Origin: a virus
Taxonomy: Duplodnaviria > Caudoviricetes
Virus record (IMG/VR): IMGVR_UViG_3300036821_000136
Span: 1-64,000 of that record
DNA length: 64,000 nt
Direction: 5' to 3' (one strand)
Shown here: positions 40,549 to 51,062 of the stretch, piece after piece
Position numbering within the stretch: the stretch's first letter is position 1
How the letters are laid out: the number at the start of each line of letters is the position of its first letter
Notes under the pieces: generated by a model
What the model was told of the DNA's origin: nothing
The model's input: only the letters and a program-made list of their open reading frames with translations
The model's database searches: none
Position numbers and translations under genes: made by a program

Positions 40549-41051
40549 TGACCAGCCGCGCCGCCTACGCCGGGATCACCTACGTGGTCCCGTGCTCGGC
40601 CCGCAAGGCCGCCGCGCCCGCCCCGGCCCGCGACCTGTACACCGGCGCGATGTTCACCCACAGCCTGGCCGCCGCCGAGGCGCTGGCCCGCTGGGACCGC
40701 CAGCAGGGCCGCGAGGCCCGGATCCTGGTCCTGAGCGCCCGGCACGGCCTGGTCACCCTCGACCAGGTGATCGCCCCCTACGACCGCAAGATCGGCGACC
40801 CCGGGTCGGTCACCCCCGCCCGGCTGGCCGGCCAGGCATGGCAGCTGGGCCTCCGCGCCGACGGCGACGGCTGGGCCCGCTCGCCCGAGGTCTACTCGCT
40901 GTGCCCCGCCGCCTATTACGACGTCCTGTCGAGCGCCCTGCAGCGGCTCGGCGTCTACCCCCAGGACTGCTACGAGGGCACCGCCGGGATCGGCGATCAG
41001 CGTCACGTCAACACCGTCTGCGGCTGGGACACCACCCCGGCCGCCGCCTGA
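40548..41051 (+). CDS. DUF6884-like protein
   Basis: VVPCSARK....PARDLYTG.MF...ILVLSARHGLV....IAPYD...GIGDQ. Confidence 0.7.
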   Translation: MTSRAAYAGITYVVPCSARKAAAPAPARDLYTGAMFTHSLAAAEALARWDRQQGREARILVLSARHGLVTLDQVIAPYDRKIGDPGSVTPARLAGQAWQLGLRADGDGWARSPEVYSLCPAAYYDVLSSALQRLGVYPQDCYEGTAGIGDQRHVNTVCGWDTTPAAA

Positions 41052-41062
41052 AGGAGAGACAA

Positions 41063-41679
41063 ATGACCACCACCAACGTCGTGCCCGTATTCGGGCCGCC
41101 CGAGACCGTCACCGTCGCCGAGCTGCGCGCCGGCGACTTCCTGATCGCCATCCCGGCGCAGGAAGGCGTCCGCGGCGTCACCGTCAATTCCGGCATCGCC
41201 GAGCTGAGCGACGACTGGAACACGTGGCGCCAGAGCACCGGCTACCGGCGGCCGAAGGTGCCCGTCCGGTCCGTCGTCATCATCGTCCGCGACCCGAAGG
41301 CGAAGCCGGTCAACCGGCCGGCCGGCTTCCTGGCCGAGGTCCGCCGCCCGCAGGCGGCGGTGTGACCGCCGCGCCCCGGCGGGCGCTGACCCCCGCCGAC
41401 GTCACCCGCCGCTACCGGGCGTTCCGCTCGGGCCGGCCGGAGGCGTGGGCGGCCGCGTCCCGCGACGGGCTGTGGACCTACGAGCGGCTGGAGATCAGCG
41501 GCACGCCGTGGGAGGCCCGGCACGTCCCGACCGGGATCGCCGGGCCCTGGTACGGCACGCTGACCGCCGCCCGCGCGGCGACCGCCGACGGCACGGCGCT
41601 GGCCGCCGTCGAGCGGATCGCGGTGCACGAGCGCGGCGGGCACGCGGCCGGGCGCGACCCCCGGTGCCTGCGCTGCTAG
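41063..41679 (+). other. Two small hypothetical ORFs (41063-41365, 41362-41679)
   Basis: First follows CTGAAGGAGAGAC; second coupled by GTGA. Confidence 0.6.
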
Positions 41680-41934
41680 CCGCGCTCGCTGTCCGGGATC
41701 ACCTCGGCCAGGTTCCCCTCCCAGCGTTTGCCGTTGATCCAGATGATGCAGTGGCGGTGCCGGGCGGCCGCCGGCGTGCCGCTGATCTCGCCAAGGTGCA
41801 CCTCCATTGCCGGGCGCTGCTCGGTCTCCCGGGCTGCCTGGTCATCGCTCATCGCTGCCTCCTGTAGTAGGACCGACGCCACATTCGAATACGTACGGAA
41901 TCGCGCCCCGACCAGCCCAGACGCGGCCGGGGCG

Positions 41935-41961
41935 TGGTACTATGTATATATGAGCAACACG
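41935..41961 (+). promoter_or_regulatory. Repeated promoter motif (leaderless start of ORF 41950-42183)
   Basis: TGGTACTATGTATATATGAGCAACACG. Confidence 0.8.
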
Positions 41962-42216
41962 GACAGGCACCCGATGACCAGGAACCAGGCCCGCACGATC
42001 GCCAGGGCGATCGACGCCGGCGCCGACGCCAGCCGCTACCACGTCGGCGGCGTGCTGCCGGACGAGGTACTCGACCAGATCGTCGACATATCCATGGCCC
42101 TCGGCTGCACCTGCCCGGCCTTCCAGCGCACCCACCCGCACCACAGCCCGGCCCGCGTCCGCCGCGGCGGCCGGCTCGTCTGACCACCACCACCGCCACC
42201 TGAAGGAGAGACCACC

Positions 42217-42855
42217 ATGACCACCGCCACCAAGAGCCGCAGCCGCCGCAAGGCACCCACCCGCGCCAGCGTCGAGGCCGCCGCCAAGCGCAAGGCCGAG
42301 CTGTTCGACAAGCTGGAGGCCTGGGAAGACGAGACCGACCAGGACACCATCGACGCCGCGGTCGCCATGTTCGCCGCGATCGACGACGGCTACTCCGACC
42401 GCAACGCGATGCTGATCGCCATGCAGGACCCGGAGGCCACGAAGGTCGCCGGCTACCGCCAGTGGCAGGACGTCGGCCGCCAGGTCGGCAGCTACCCCGA
42501 GGGCCAGGGCGGCATCACCATCGTCCGGTTCGCCGGCAGCTACAAGTCCAAGGACGCCGACGGCGCCGGTCCCTCGGCCGACTTCGGCGCCAAGCCCGCC
42601 GAGCACGACGCGGCCGCCGACGACGCCAAGGCCAAGGAGCGCAACCGGTTCGCGCTGACCACCGTGCACGACATCCGGTGGACCACCGAACTGCGCTGCG
42701 CGACCTGCGACGCCAAGATCCACCGCACCGGCTACGACAAGGCGACGAAGCGGCACACCTGGACGCACAGCGACCAGCTCAACGTCGGCCACCCCGTCGA
42801 GCTGCCCCGCCGCCCCGTCGCCGAGGACGCCGAGCAGGCCGGCACCGCCGAGTAG
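42217..42855 (+). CDS. ArdC-like N-terminal (ssDNA-binding, antirestriction-associated) domain protein
   Basis: YSDRNAMLIAMQDPEATKVAGYRQWQDVGRQV...GITI...F..TTVHDI..T. Confidence 0.75.
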   Translation: MTTATKSRSRRKAPTRASVEAAAKRKAELFDKLEAWEDETDQDTIDAAVAMFAAIDDGYSDRNAMLIAMQDPEATKVAGYRQWQDVGRQVGSYPEGQGGITIVRFAGSYKSKDADGAGPSADFGAKPAEHDAAADDAKAKERNRFALTTVHDIRWTTELRCATCDAKIHRTGYDKATKRHTWTHSDQLNVGHPVELPRRPVAEDAEQAGTAE

Positions 42856-42916
42856 ACACACACCCGACCACCGGGCGCCCGCCAAGGGCGCCCGGACCTA
42901 TCCCTGAAGGAGAGAC

Positions 42917-43650
42917 ATGACCACCACCACCCCGACCGAGGCCCGCAAGGCCGACGCCGAGCGGTACGCCGCCCGGCTCGGCCTGGACGCCGAGGCGCTG
43001 CACGCCGCCGCGATCGCCGTCTGGAGCAACCTCAACCCGCAGGCGACCGGTTTCGACGTCGCGCTGTCGGCCGCCGCCGCCGCGCTGCTCGCCGTCACCC
43101 GGGCAGCCGGCAGCCGGCAGGCCGCCGAGACCGCGCGGCTCGTCACCGCCGCCCAGCCCGGCGACCGGGAGCTGATCACCGCCGTGCTGACCGAGACCGC
43201 CGACGCCCGGGACCGGGAATCGCGCGGGCACCGCTGGACCGGCGAGCGTTTCGCCGGCGTCCGCGCCCGGCTGCGCGGCGAGGCCCGCCAGATGCGCGAC
43301 CTGGCCGGCCGGCTGGCGGCGTCGTCATGACCGCCCTCGGCGACACCCGCCGGCCCGCCGCCCGCGCGGCGGTGCTGGCGGTCCTGATCGAGCAGACCAC
43401 CGACTACCCCGGCGGCCACGAGCCGCTGACCATGAGCCGCGACCTGCTCGCCTACCGGACCGGGCTGCCCCGCACCGTCGCCGCGGCGGCCGCCGACGCG
43501 CTCGCCAAGACCGGCGCCGTGACCAGGCTGCGCGAGCGCGGGCGGGTCGTCTACTACGTGCCGCGGGCCGGGCTGGACACCGTCCCGATCGAGACCGGGC
43601 CCGTCGCCCGCGCCTACATCGACGCGGTGACCGCCGAGGGGGACCGGTGA
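42917..43650 (+). other. Two hypothetical ORFs (42917-43330; 43327-43650 wHTH-like)
   Basis: Start sequence before 42917; LAYRTGLPRTV...LAKTGAV pattern. Confidence 0.55.
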
Positions 43651-44291
43651 CGCACCAGCTGGCCCTGCGGCTGTCGCCGCTGGTCGCCTTCTACCAGGTC
43701 GACATGGCCGAGGCCGAGGACCTGCTGATCAGGTGGCGGCACCCGCTGCACCTGCCCACCGGCGAGTGCCCGTCGTGCGGCAAGCCGCACCCCGGCGGCC
43801 GGCCGTACGAGCGGCCGTTCGGGCGGCTGCCGTTCGTGATGGAGGACCGCGGCCGGGTCGCGGCGTGCGTGGTGCTCGCCTCGACGATCAACGCCAGCGT
43901 GTGCAAGGCGCGCGGCTGGCACCGCTACAACACCGTCGACCTGGCGCGGATCGCCCGGTCCCCCGACCGCCGCGACGAGAAGTGCCTGCGGGCGGTGCTG
44001 CGGATCACGCGGGAGTACCTGGCGCCGCTGTGGCTGGACACCTCGGCGAAGTGGGCGGCCCGGTCGGCGGAGCTGTGCGGCCGCCCGCAGCTCGCCGCGC
44101 TCGCCACCCAGTCGCTGCCCGGCACGCCGGGGTCCATGTACCGGTTCGACGGGTTCGAGCACATCCGCACGACCAGGGGCGCGCACGGCGGCGGCCACCA
44201 GAAGGCGAGCGCGGCCAACGCGATCGACGACGGCGCGCGCGGGCTGTGGGTCTACCCGTACCCCCGGCCGCTGCTGGCGGGCGCCGCGTAG
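43647..44291 (+). CDS. Mom-like (GNAT-fold) DNA-modification protein
   Basis: WRHPL...VDLARIAR...LRAVLR...LATQS..G..GSMYRFDGF resembles Mom-family acetyltransferase motifs. Confidence 0.5.
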   Translation: MTHQLALRLSPLVAFYQVDMAEAEDLLIRWRHPLHLPTGECPSCGKPHPGGRPYERPFGRLPFVMEDRGRVAACVVLASTINASVCKARGWHRYNTVDLARIARSPDRRDEKCLRAVLRITREYLAPLWLDTSAKWAARSAELCGRPQLAALATQSLPGTPGSMYRFDGFEHIRTTRGAHGGGHQKASAANAIDDGARGLWVYPYPRPLLAGAA

Positions 44292-44388
44292 CCCGGCGGG
44301 CCACGGCGCCGCCGCATGTATGTGCCGTGCCCGGGAACGCCGCCGCCCCCGGCGCGGTGCGCGGCGGGGGCGGGTGACGGGCGGGCGG

Positions 44389-45047
44389 TCAGCCTTCCGG
44401 CCAGCCCCACCGGGGGCGGGTCCACCGCACCATCGAGCCGACGCGGGCGTAGACCTCCGGGATGTAGAAGAACCGGTAGCGGCCGCCCGGGCAGGCGAGC
44501 GTGTGGGCCCGCTGCCCGGTGCCGTCCTGGACGTGGTCGCGGACCAGCGTCAGGCCGTGGTCGTGGCCGCGGACCGGGCAGGCCGGGAACGCCGGCGCGG
44601 TCGTGGTCGTCATCGGTCAGCCCTCCTGCCCGGCGGCGGGCGCCGCCGGGGTCTCGTTGTGCTCGGCGCAGGCCGGGCGGGGCCCGAGGCCCCGCCAGTA
44701 GCCCGCGCAGGTGCAGGGGCCGCTCATCAGGTTCGCCATCAGTGGCTCACCATCGCGCCGCGCATGCCCACGCGGGGCGAGCGCCGCCCGGGGCTGACGT
44801 AGGCGGGGGCGGACCACACGCGGCGGCCGTCGCGGACGAACCAGCGGCCGCGGTGGTAGGTCTTGCGGATCATGGTCTCTCTCCTTCAGATGTGCAGGTC
44901 GGCGCCGGTGGCGGGGTGGTACCGGGGCGGGTCGCTCAGGTCGCCCTCGACGACGGCGAAGCCGCCGCCGACGCGGGCCCACCACACGCGGTCGGTGTGG
45001 TCGTAGGTCCAGGGACCGTAGGTGTCGGCGTCGCTTTCGTGTTGCAT
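44389..45047 (-). other. Leftward operon of four very small ORFs starting at leaderless ATG 45047
   Basis: MQHESDAD...(44886-45047), start sequence at 44871-44889, 44389-44613. Confidence 0.55.
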
Positions 45048-45062
45048 ATATATAAGGTACAC
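45038..45062 (-). promoter_or_regulatory. Repeated promoter motif, minus strand
   Basis: GTGTACCTTATATATATGCAACACG. Confidence 0.75.
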
Positions 45063-45158
45063 CAACGCCGCCGTGACTTCGCCCGTTCCGGCAGGCCAGG
45101 GCACGTTTTCCGGTGTGATGACCGTCCTACGCCCAGGGGCGTCACGGGCGGCTCCACG

Positions 45159-45185
45159 TGGTATTATGTATATATGAGCAACACG
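45159..45185 (+). promoter_or_regulatory. Repeated promoter motif (leaderless start of ORF 45174-45368)
   Basis: TGGTATTATGTATATATGAGCAACACG. Confidence 0.8.
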
Positions 45186-45379
45186 ACAGCCACCGCCACC
45201 GCCACCGCCGGCCGGAGCTACACGACCGGCATGGTGCACGACGCCCGGCCGACCGGCCCCGAGGGCCAGCTGACCCAGCGGTGCGGCATGGGCCGCCGCC
45301 AGCTCGCCTACCTCGCCCCCACCGACGCCCCGGTCACCTGCAAGCGGTGCCTGGGCCTCGGCGCCTGAAGGAGACCACG

Positions 45380-45808
45380 ATGACCGACACCATCACCCGC
45401 CTGGCCGGCGAGGACCGCACCGCGTTCCTGGCCGCCGCCGCGGCCGCCGCCGACGAGTTCCTTGACGAGTCCGCCGACGCCGGCGTGACCGGCTGGCCGA
45501 CCTTCACCCACGCGGTCGTCGCGCTCGGCGAGTACATCACCGCCGTCGCCGCCGTGGCCGACTGGGGCCGGCAGCCGGTCCCGCACCGCGAGCCGGCCAT
45601 GACCTCGGCGGCCGCCGTCACCGGCACCGACCGGGACGCCCTGGCCGCCGCCGTCGCCGCCGCCGCCACCGAGTACGTCGAGGAATCTGAGGCCGAGGGC
45701 GAGGACGTGTGGCCCAGCTTCACCGCCGCCCTGCAGGACTTCGGCCTGTACCTGACCCACGGCGCCGGCGACGCCGACTGGGGCTACCTGCCAACCGCCA
45801 CCGCCTGA
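45380..45808 (+). CDS. Acidic protein made of two tandem homologous ~60-aa units
   Basis: GEDR..LAAAAAAADEF.DES...WPTFT...ADWG and GTDR..LAAAVAAAATEY.EES...WPSFT...ADWG. Confidence 0.7.
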   Translation: MTDTITRLAGEDRTAFLAAAAAAADEFLDESADAGVTGWPTFTHAVVALGEYITAVAAVADWGRQPVPHREPAMTSAAAVTGTDRDALAAAVAAAATEYVEESEAEGEDVWPSFTAALQDFGLYLTHGAGDADWGYLPTATA

Positions 45809-45842
45809 CCACCGCCAAACCGGCACTTGAAGGAGAGAGACC

Positions 45843-47478
45843 ATGACCGCACGACACGACTGGCAGCCCGGCGATTTCGCCACCTTCCCCGACAGCCGCC
45901 GCGGCCCCGACCGCACCGGCATCTACACCGGCGAGACCCGCGTCTCGACCACCCGCCTCACCGCCCTCGGCGAGGAAGTGACCCGCAAGGTGCCCGTCAC
46001 CTACGCGATGATCCTCGTCACGCCGGCCGGCGGCCTGGACCACCCCGGCCGCGGCGCCGGCTCGGTCAGCGTCGACGTGCGCAAGCTGCGCCCGGCGACC
46101 CCCGCCGAAATCACCGCCAGCGACGTCCGGCAGGGCTGGGCGACGTGCCAGGCGCGGGCCGCGGCCGCCGCGGCGTGGTGGGAGGCCGCCACCCCGGCGG
46201 TCACCTACCTGATCGAAGCGGGCTACGCCGACGGCCACGGCCAGATGGGCATGGCCATCGTGAACCTGCTGCTCGAGGCCGACCGCTACCCCGGCCGGTA
46301 CGCCTACACGCTCGACCGCCGGCACTGGGTGGTCAAGTACATGCCCGCCCGGTGGAACGCCGGCGCGACCCACCCCGCCGACCCGGCGCTGCGCGCCACG
46401 GCGGGCGGTGCGCGGTGACCGCCGACCTGACCGCCGCCGCGCTCGCCGCCGCCGCCGAGCTCGACGACGAGGCCGAGGACGCGGCCAAGGCCAAGCCCAA
46501 GCCGCGCCACCCGTGCGGGTTCTGCGCGACCGGCGACCACAACCTGTGCAAGGAGACGATCCGCAACGGGTCGCAGGCCAAGGTGGCTGTGTGGGAGTGC
46601 CCGTGCTGGCAGGCCGGGCACACCCTCGGCCGCCAGCCGCCGCTCAACCGCACCCCGCCGCGGATGGCCGCCTCGGCGATGCCGCCCCGCCCGGCCGCCG
46701 TCGTCACCGTCGACCTGCCCGGCACGTCCCCGGCCGGCCCGCCCGTGCGCCGGTCCTCGAGGCGGGCCGCGCCCTCGCCGTTCCCGGCCGGCGTGGTCAG
46801 CCCGTACGGCTTCCGCAAGGCCCTGCTCGACGCGGGCCTGGAGCCGGCGTCGTTCCGGCCGCAGACCGTCTACACGTGGGTCAAGCAGGCCGCCGCCGGC
46901 GGCACGTTCCCGGTCCGCTGGTACGCCGGCGGCGCCGAGACCGACGCGGGCGCCGACGGCGCCAAGCCCGGCGTCCCGGTCGAGCAGGCCCTCGCCTGGC
47001 ACCGGGCGGGCGGCGCCAAGTGAACGCCGCCGAGATCACCACCCCGTGCCTGGTCTGCGCGGTGCAGGCCGCGCTCAAGGACTCCGCGTTCTGGGCGGGC
47101 CGCGGCCTGAGCTGGCCAGTCGCCGAGGTCGCCGGCCACACCGCCCACAAGGCGTGCGCGTCCGAGGTCGAGCACCTGATCGCCGTCATCGGCGGCCTGG
47201 CCGTCGACGCCGCCGGGGTGCCCCGCTGGACCGCCAGCGGCAACGTGCCCCCCGACGACACCGTCGCGCTGATCATCGCCTTCGGCCTGGCCGGCGGCAT
47301 CGACGCGGTGGCGGCGTCCGCCGCCTACGCCGAGCAGACCGCCGAGGCGATCGCCGCCTACCGCCGCGAGCGCGAGCTGCAGGGCTACAGCGACGAGGAA
47401 CTGGCGCAGATGGCCGCCGCGTTCGGCCCGGGCGCCACCGTCGTCGACGCGCTCACCGGCCAGCGGATCGAGCTGTGA
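45843..47478 (+). other. Three coupled hypothetical ORFs (45843-46418, 46415-47023, 47020-47478)
   Basis: Start sequence before 45843; GTGA overlaps. Confidence 0.6.
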
Positions 47479-47927
47479 GCAGGCGCCGCCGCCGGCGCGG
47501 CGCGCTGTACCTGGTCTGCTACCACCGGCCGTTCCGGCACGCCCGCCATTACCTGGGATTCGCCTACCCCGACGACCTCGGCCGCGCCGACCCGCTGATC
47601 GTCGCGGAGGTCCGCGCCGCGCCCCAGACGCGGATCACCTGCCGGTACCTGACCGCCGCGCAGGCCGCCGGGGTCGCCTGCCGGATCGCCCAGCACCGCG
47701 CCGGGGTCGGCGCCCGGATCCTCGCCGTGATCGGCGCGGCGGGCATCGGGTTCGACGTCGTGCGGATCTGGCCGAGCGCCACCGAGCACCACGAGAAGGG
47801 CCTGAAGGAGCTGAAGAACGGCGCGCTGCTGTGCCCGCGCTGCCATCCCGGCACCCGCGCCGGCGACGTCATCACGCCGCGTACGTCGCGCCGCCCGCGC
47901 CGCCGTCAGCTCGTCCCGGCCGCCTGA
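47475..47927 (+). CDS. GIY-YIG-like endonuclease
   Basis: LYLVCY...HARHYLG...RIAQHRAG.GAR...VRIW....EK.LK...LCPRC. Confidence 0.65.
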   Translation: MSRRRRRRGALYLVCYHRPFRHARHYLGFAYPDDLGRADPLIVAEVRAAPQTRITCRYLTAAQAAGVACRIAQHRAGVGARILAVIGAAGIGFDVVRIWPSATEHHEKGLKELKNGALLCPRCHPGTRAGDVITPRTSRRPRRRQLVPAA

Positions 47928-47969
47928 CGAGTGACCGGCGGCCGTAGCCCGCCGGGCTACGGGCAGACG

Positions 47970-48010
47970 CAGGCGGCGGCACCCCCCCGGGGTCGGGGTG
48001 CCGCCGCCTG
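47970..48010. terminator. 16-bp GC hairpin between convergent genes
   Basis: CAGGCGGCGGCACCCC / GGGGTGCCGCCGCCTG. Confidence 0.7.
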
Positions 48011-48021
48011 GTCGTGCCGGG

Positions 48022-48309
48022 CTACCGGTCCCGGCCGCTCAGCACCGCCCGGGCGGCCCGCCGGTCGTCGGCGAGCGCGGCCTGCTCGGCCGGGTCGTCG
48101 AAGTCCTCGGGCCACAGCGCCGGCGCGATCGCGCAGAAGCCGAGCATGAACACGGCGGCCAGCCGGGCGGCGACGTCGCCCGCCGACAGCCAGAGGACGA
48201 CGACGGCGGCGGCCAGCAGCGCGATCGCCAGCCAGGTCCAGGCGCCCAGCGCCTGGGTCAGCAGCGCGGCGGCGACGGCGCCGGTGAGGAACGTGGTCAG
48301 CGATCGCAT
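48022..48309 (-). CDS. Small membrane protein
   Basis: MRSLTTFLTG... with three hydrophobic segments. Confidence 0.55.
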   Translation of the reverse strand: MRSLTTFLTGAVAAALLTQALGAWTWLAIALLAAAVVVLWLSAGDVAARLAAVFMLGFCAIAPALWPEDFDDPAEQAALADDRRAARAVLSGRDR

Positions 48310-48681
48310 GCGCGCAGTGTAACACCGGCGTGACGGTGCGGAGGCGGGTCGCGGGCCGGCCCCCGGGGGCACCGTGCACTGGGCTCCCTGATAGGCGTGG
48401 GGGCCGGCCCGGCCGGGCGGCCCGGAGGTTGCGGCCGGGTGCGCAGGCATCCTGCGGAAGCGGCCGGGGGCACCGGACGCCCGGACACGGCCAGGATAGC
48501 GGGCGGGGACGGCGGCGGCCGGCCAGGCCCGGGCGTTGGGCTGGCCGGCCGCCAGTGGCGTCGCCCTGCGTAGTAGTACACAGGCGGTGCCGGCAAGATT
48601 ACGCTGCGCGACCCGCCGCGTCCAGTGTGCCCGAGGGCACAGCACCGGACACGTTTTCGGGAGCCGGCACCTGACCTGGGC

Positions 48682-48708
48682 TGGTATTGTATATATATAA
48701 GCAACACG
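48682..48708 (+). promoter_or_regulatory. Repeated promoter motif (leadered variant)
   Basis: TGGTATTGTATATATATAAGCAACACG followed by CTGAAGGAG. Confidence 0.8.
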
Positions 48709-48729
48709 GCAGACTGAAGGAGCACGACA

Positions 48730-49476
48730 ATGACGAACCAGTACCCCGGCCAGTGCGGGACCTGCGGCCAGCGGGTCGAGGCCGGCGAGGGCACGGTCAC
48801 GAAGGTCCGCGGCCGGTGGACCCCGTTCCACGCGGCCGGCCAGTGCCCGGAGAACACCGAGGCGGTCGAGCAGGCCGAGGCCGTCCTGGCCAGCGCCGAG
48901 GTCGGCGACATGCTGGAGCGCCAGTCGCGTGACCGGCACGCCCGGGCCGCCGCCGACCAGCCGCGCCCCAACCGGTACGGCGGGACCTGCGGCGCCTGCG
49001 GCGCCTGGGTCGACGAGGGCGAGGGCACGGCCGTCAAGGTGGCCGGCAGCTGGACCGCCCGCCACATCGGCGAGTGCCCGGTGCCGGCGCCGGTCGGCAT
49101 CTACCGCGACCCCGAGGGCACGATCTGGCTGGTCAAGGAGTCCCGCGGCCAGAAGGACGTGCCGGTCGAGCAGCGCCGCCGGTACGCCAAGAAGATGATC
49201 GAGTCCGCGGCCGCCCGGTTCACCGAGGGCGGCGACTCGGTGCGCTACGACTGGGAGATCGTGCGCGGCGCGGTCTACCGGCTGACCGAGGACATGCGCG
49301 TCCCGCTGGACGACGAGCAGGTGACCGCGCTGATGATCGCCACCGGCAAGTGCATCGTCTGCGACCACGCGATGTGGGCCGAGAAGACCCTGCGGCGGGC
49401 CAAGGAGACCGGCGTGATGGTCGGGCCGGTCTGCGTCAAGAGCTTCGCGCCGGCCCGGTTCCGCCAGGACGCCTGA
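48730..49476 (+). CDS. Zn-finger repeat protein with C-terminal DUF6011-like CxxC...GPVC domain
   Basis: NxYxGxCxxCGxxVxxGEG twice; GKCIVC...GPVC. Confidence 0.65.
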   Translation: MTNQYPGQCGTCGQRVEAGEGTVTKVRGRWTPFHAAGQCPENTEAVEQAEAVLASAEVGDMLERQSRDRHARAAADQPRPNRYGGTCGACGAWVDEGEGTAVKVAGSWTARHIGECPVPAPVGIYRDPEGTIWLVKESRGQKDVPVEQRRRYAKKMIESAAARFTEGGDSVRYDWEIVRGAVYRLTEDMRVPLDDEQVTALMIATGKCIVCDHAMWAEKTLRRAKETGVMVGPVCVKSFAPARFRQDA

Positions 49477-49585
49477 CTCCCGCCCGCGAGGCGGCGGCCC
49501 CCCGGCGACGGGGCGGCCGTCGCTTTCGTGTGCCGGACGGCACACCGCCCGGACGCTTGTTCGAGCGCCGCCGCCTGACCTGCGG

Positions 49586-49612
49586 GGGTATTCTGTATAT
49601 ATAAGCAATACG
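49586..49612 (+). promoter_or_regulatory. Repeated promoter motif (leadered variant)
   Basis: GGGTATTCTGTATATATAAGCAATACG. Confidence 0.75.
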
Positions 49613-49626
49613 GGATTGGAGCCCAG

Positions 49627-49989
49627 ATGTACATCGACCACCGCGCCGAGGCCAGCCGGCACCACAACGAGGCCAGCAAGAACTACCGCCAGGGCAAGCG
49701 CGACGCCGAGCGGGCCGCCCGCTACTACGGCCAGGCCGCCGAGCACCGGACGATGGCCCGCTGGCTGACCGGCCGCCCCGAGCTGTGGGAGGGCGAGTTC
49801 ACCCCGGCCGGCAGCGAGGCCGCCGCCCGCACGTGGACGCGGCTGGGCGACCTGTACCTGCGGTCCTCGTTCTCGTCCACCGAGCGCGGCCGGTTCTACC
49901 GCGGCCTGCAGCGCCGGTCCGAGGCGCTGGCCGCCCGGGCCGAGGCGCGGCTGGCCGAGTGGGAAGCCGAGCGGGCGGGGGCGCAGTGA
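49627..49989 (+). CDS. Hypothetical helical protein
   Basis: 120-aa ORF after the promoter, coupled to the ligase. Confidence 0.6.
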   Translation: MYIDHRAEASRHHNEASKNYRQGKRDAERAARYYGQAAEHRTMARWLTGRPELWEGEFTPAGSEAAARTWTRLGDLYLRSSFSSTERGRFYRGLQRRSEALAARAEARLAEWEAERAGAQ

Positions 49990-50999
49990 TGGGCGGGCTG
50001 CGCGTGCCGGACCCGATGAAGGGCACCGACCTCAAGGCGATGATCGCCTGGGGCCAGCCCGGGCAGTTCGACGCGATCGGCGCCTGGCTGGTCCCCGAGT
50101 GGGCCGCCGAGCCCAAGTACGACGGCTGCCGCGCCTTCCTGCAGATCCTGGCGGGCCGGTCCCGGTTCGGCGAGAACCGGTCGGCGTCGTTCCCCGACCT
50201 GGCCGCCGTGCACGTCGACGAGCCGGTGACCGTCGCCGGCGTCGAGTTCCCGGGCCTGGCCGGGACGGTCCTCGACGGCGAGCTGGTCGCGGCCGCGCCC
50301 GGCCGCCGGGCGCCGATCGGGATCACCGCCGGCTGGTTCGGCTCCGGCGTCACCCGCGCCCGGATGTACCGGATGCAGTTCGGCGCCCCGACCTTCTACG
50401 TGTTCGACCTGCCCCACCTGGCCGGCACCGACCTCACCGGCCTGACCTACGACCAGCGCCGCGCCGCGCTCGAGGAGGTCGTCGCGATCCTGGCTGACCG
50501 GTGCCCGGACGCGCAGATCGTGCTGGTCCCGCAGCTCCCGGCGACCGCCGGGGCGATCCAGGCCGAGATCAACCGGGGCGGCGAGGGCGTCATGCTCAAG
50601 CGCCGCGACGGCCGGTACGAGCCCGCCGCCCGCCCCGGGCAGCGGTCGAGGGCGTGGGCGAAGGTCAAGGCGATGGGCACCGTCGACGTGGTGCTGACCG
50701 GCGGCTGGACCCCCGGCGACAACACCCGCCGGGGCACCGTCGGGTCGGTGGAGATCGCGGTCGTCGGCGACGACGGGGCGTGGATCCCGGTCGGGCACTG
50801 CGCGGTCAAGCCGGAACTGCTCGGCGCCTACACCCCCGATGAGATGCCCGGCCTGGCCGGCACCGTCTGGGAGGTCATGGCGGCGGGCGTGACCACCGGC
50901 CGCAAGCTCCGCCACCCGCACATGATCCGGGTCCGCGACGACAAGCGGCCCGAGTGGTGCCCGGCCGGCCAGCTCGACGCGCTGCCCGCCGCCGCCTGA
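49989..50999 (+). CDS. ATP-dependent DNA ligase
   Basis: EPKYDGCR (motif I), VLDGELV (III), FYVFDL (IIIa), EGVMLK (IV), WAKVK (V), LRHP..IRVRDDK (VI). Confidence 0.92.
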   Translation: MGGLRVPDPMKGTDLKAMIAWGQPGQFDAIGAWLVPEWAAEPKYDGCRAFLQILAGRSRFGENRSASFPDLAAVHVDEPVTVAGVEFPGLAGTVLDGELVAAAPGRRAPIGITAGWFGSGVTRARMYRMQFGAPTFYVFDLPHLAGTDLTGLTYDQRRAALEEVVAILADRCPDAQIVLVPQLPATAGAIQAEINRGGEGVMLKRRDGRYEPAARPGQRSRAWAKVKAMGTVDVVLTGGWTPGDNTRRGTVGSVEIAVVGDDGAWIPVGHCAVKPELLGAYTPDEMPGLAGTVWEVMAAGVTTGRKLRHPHMIRVRDDKRPEWCPAGQLDALPAAA

Positions 51000-51062
51000 C
51001 CACCCCGCAGACTCCCGGCCGCACCCGCGGCCGGGCGCACCAACACTGAAGGAGAGACCACC

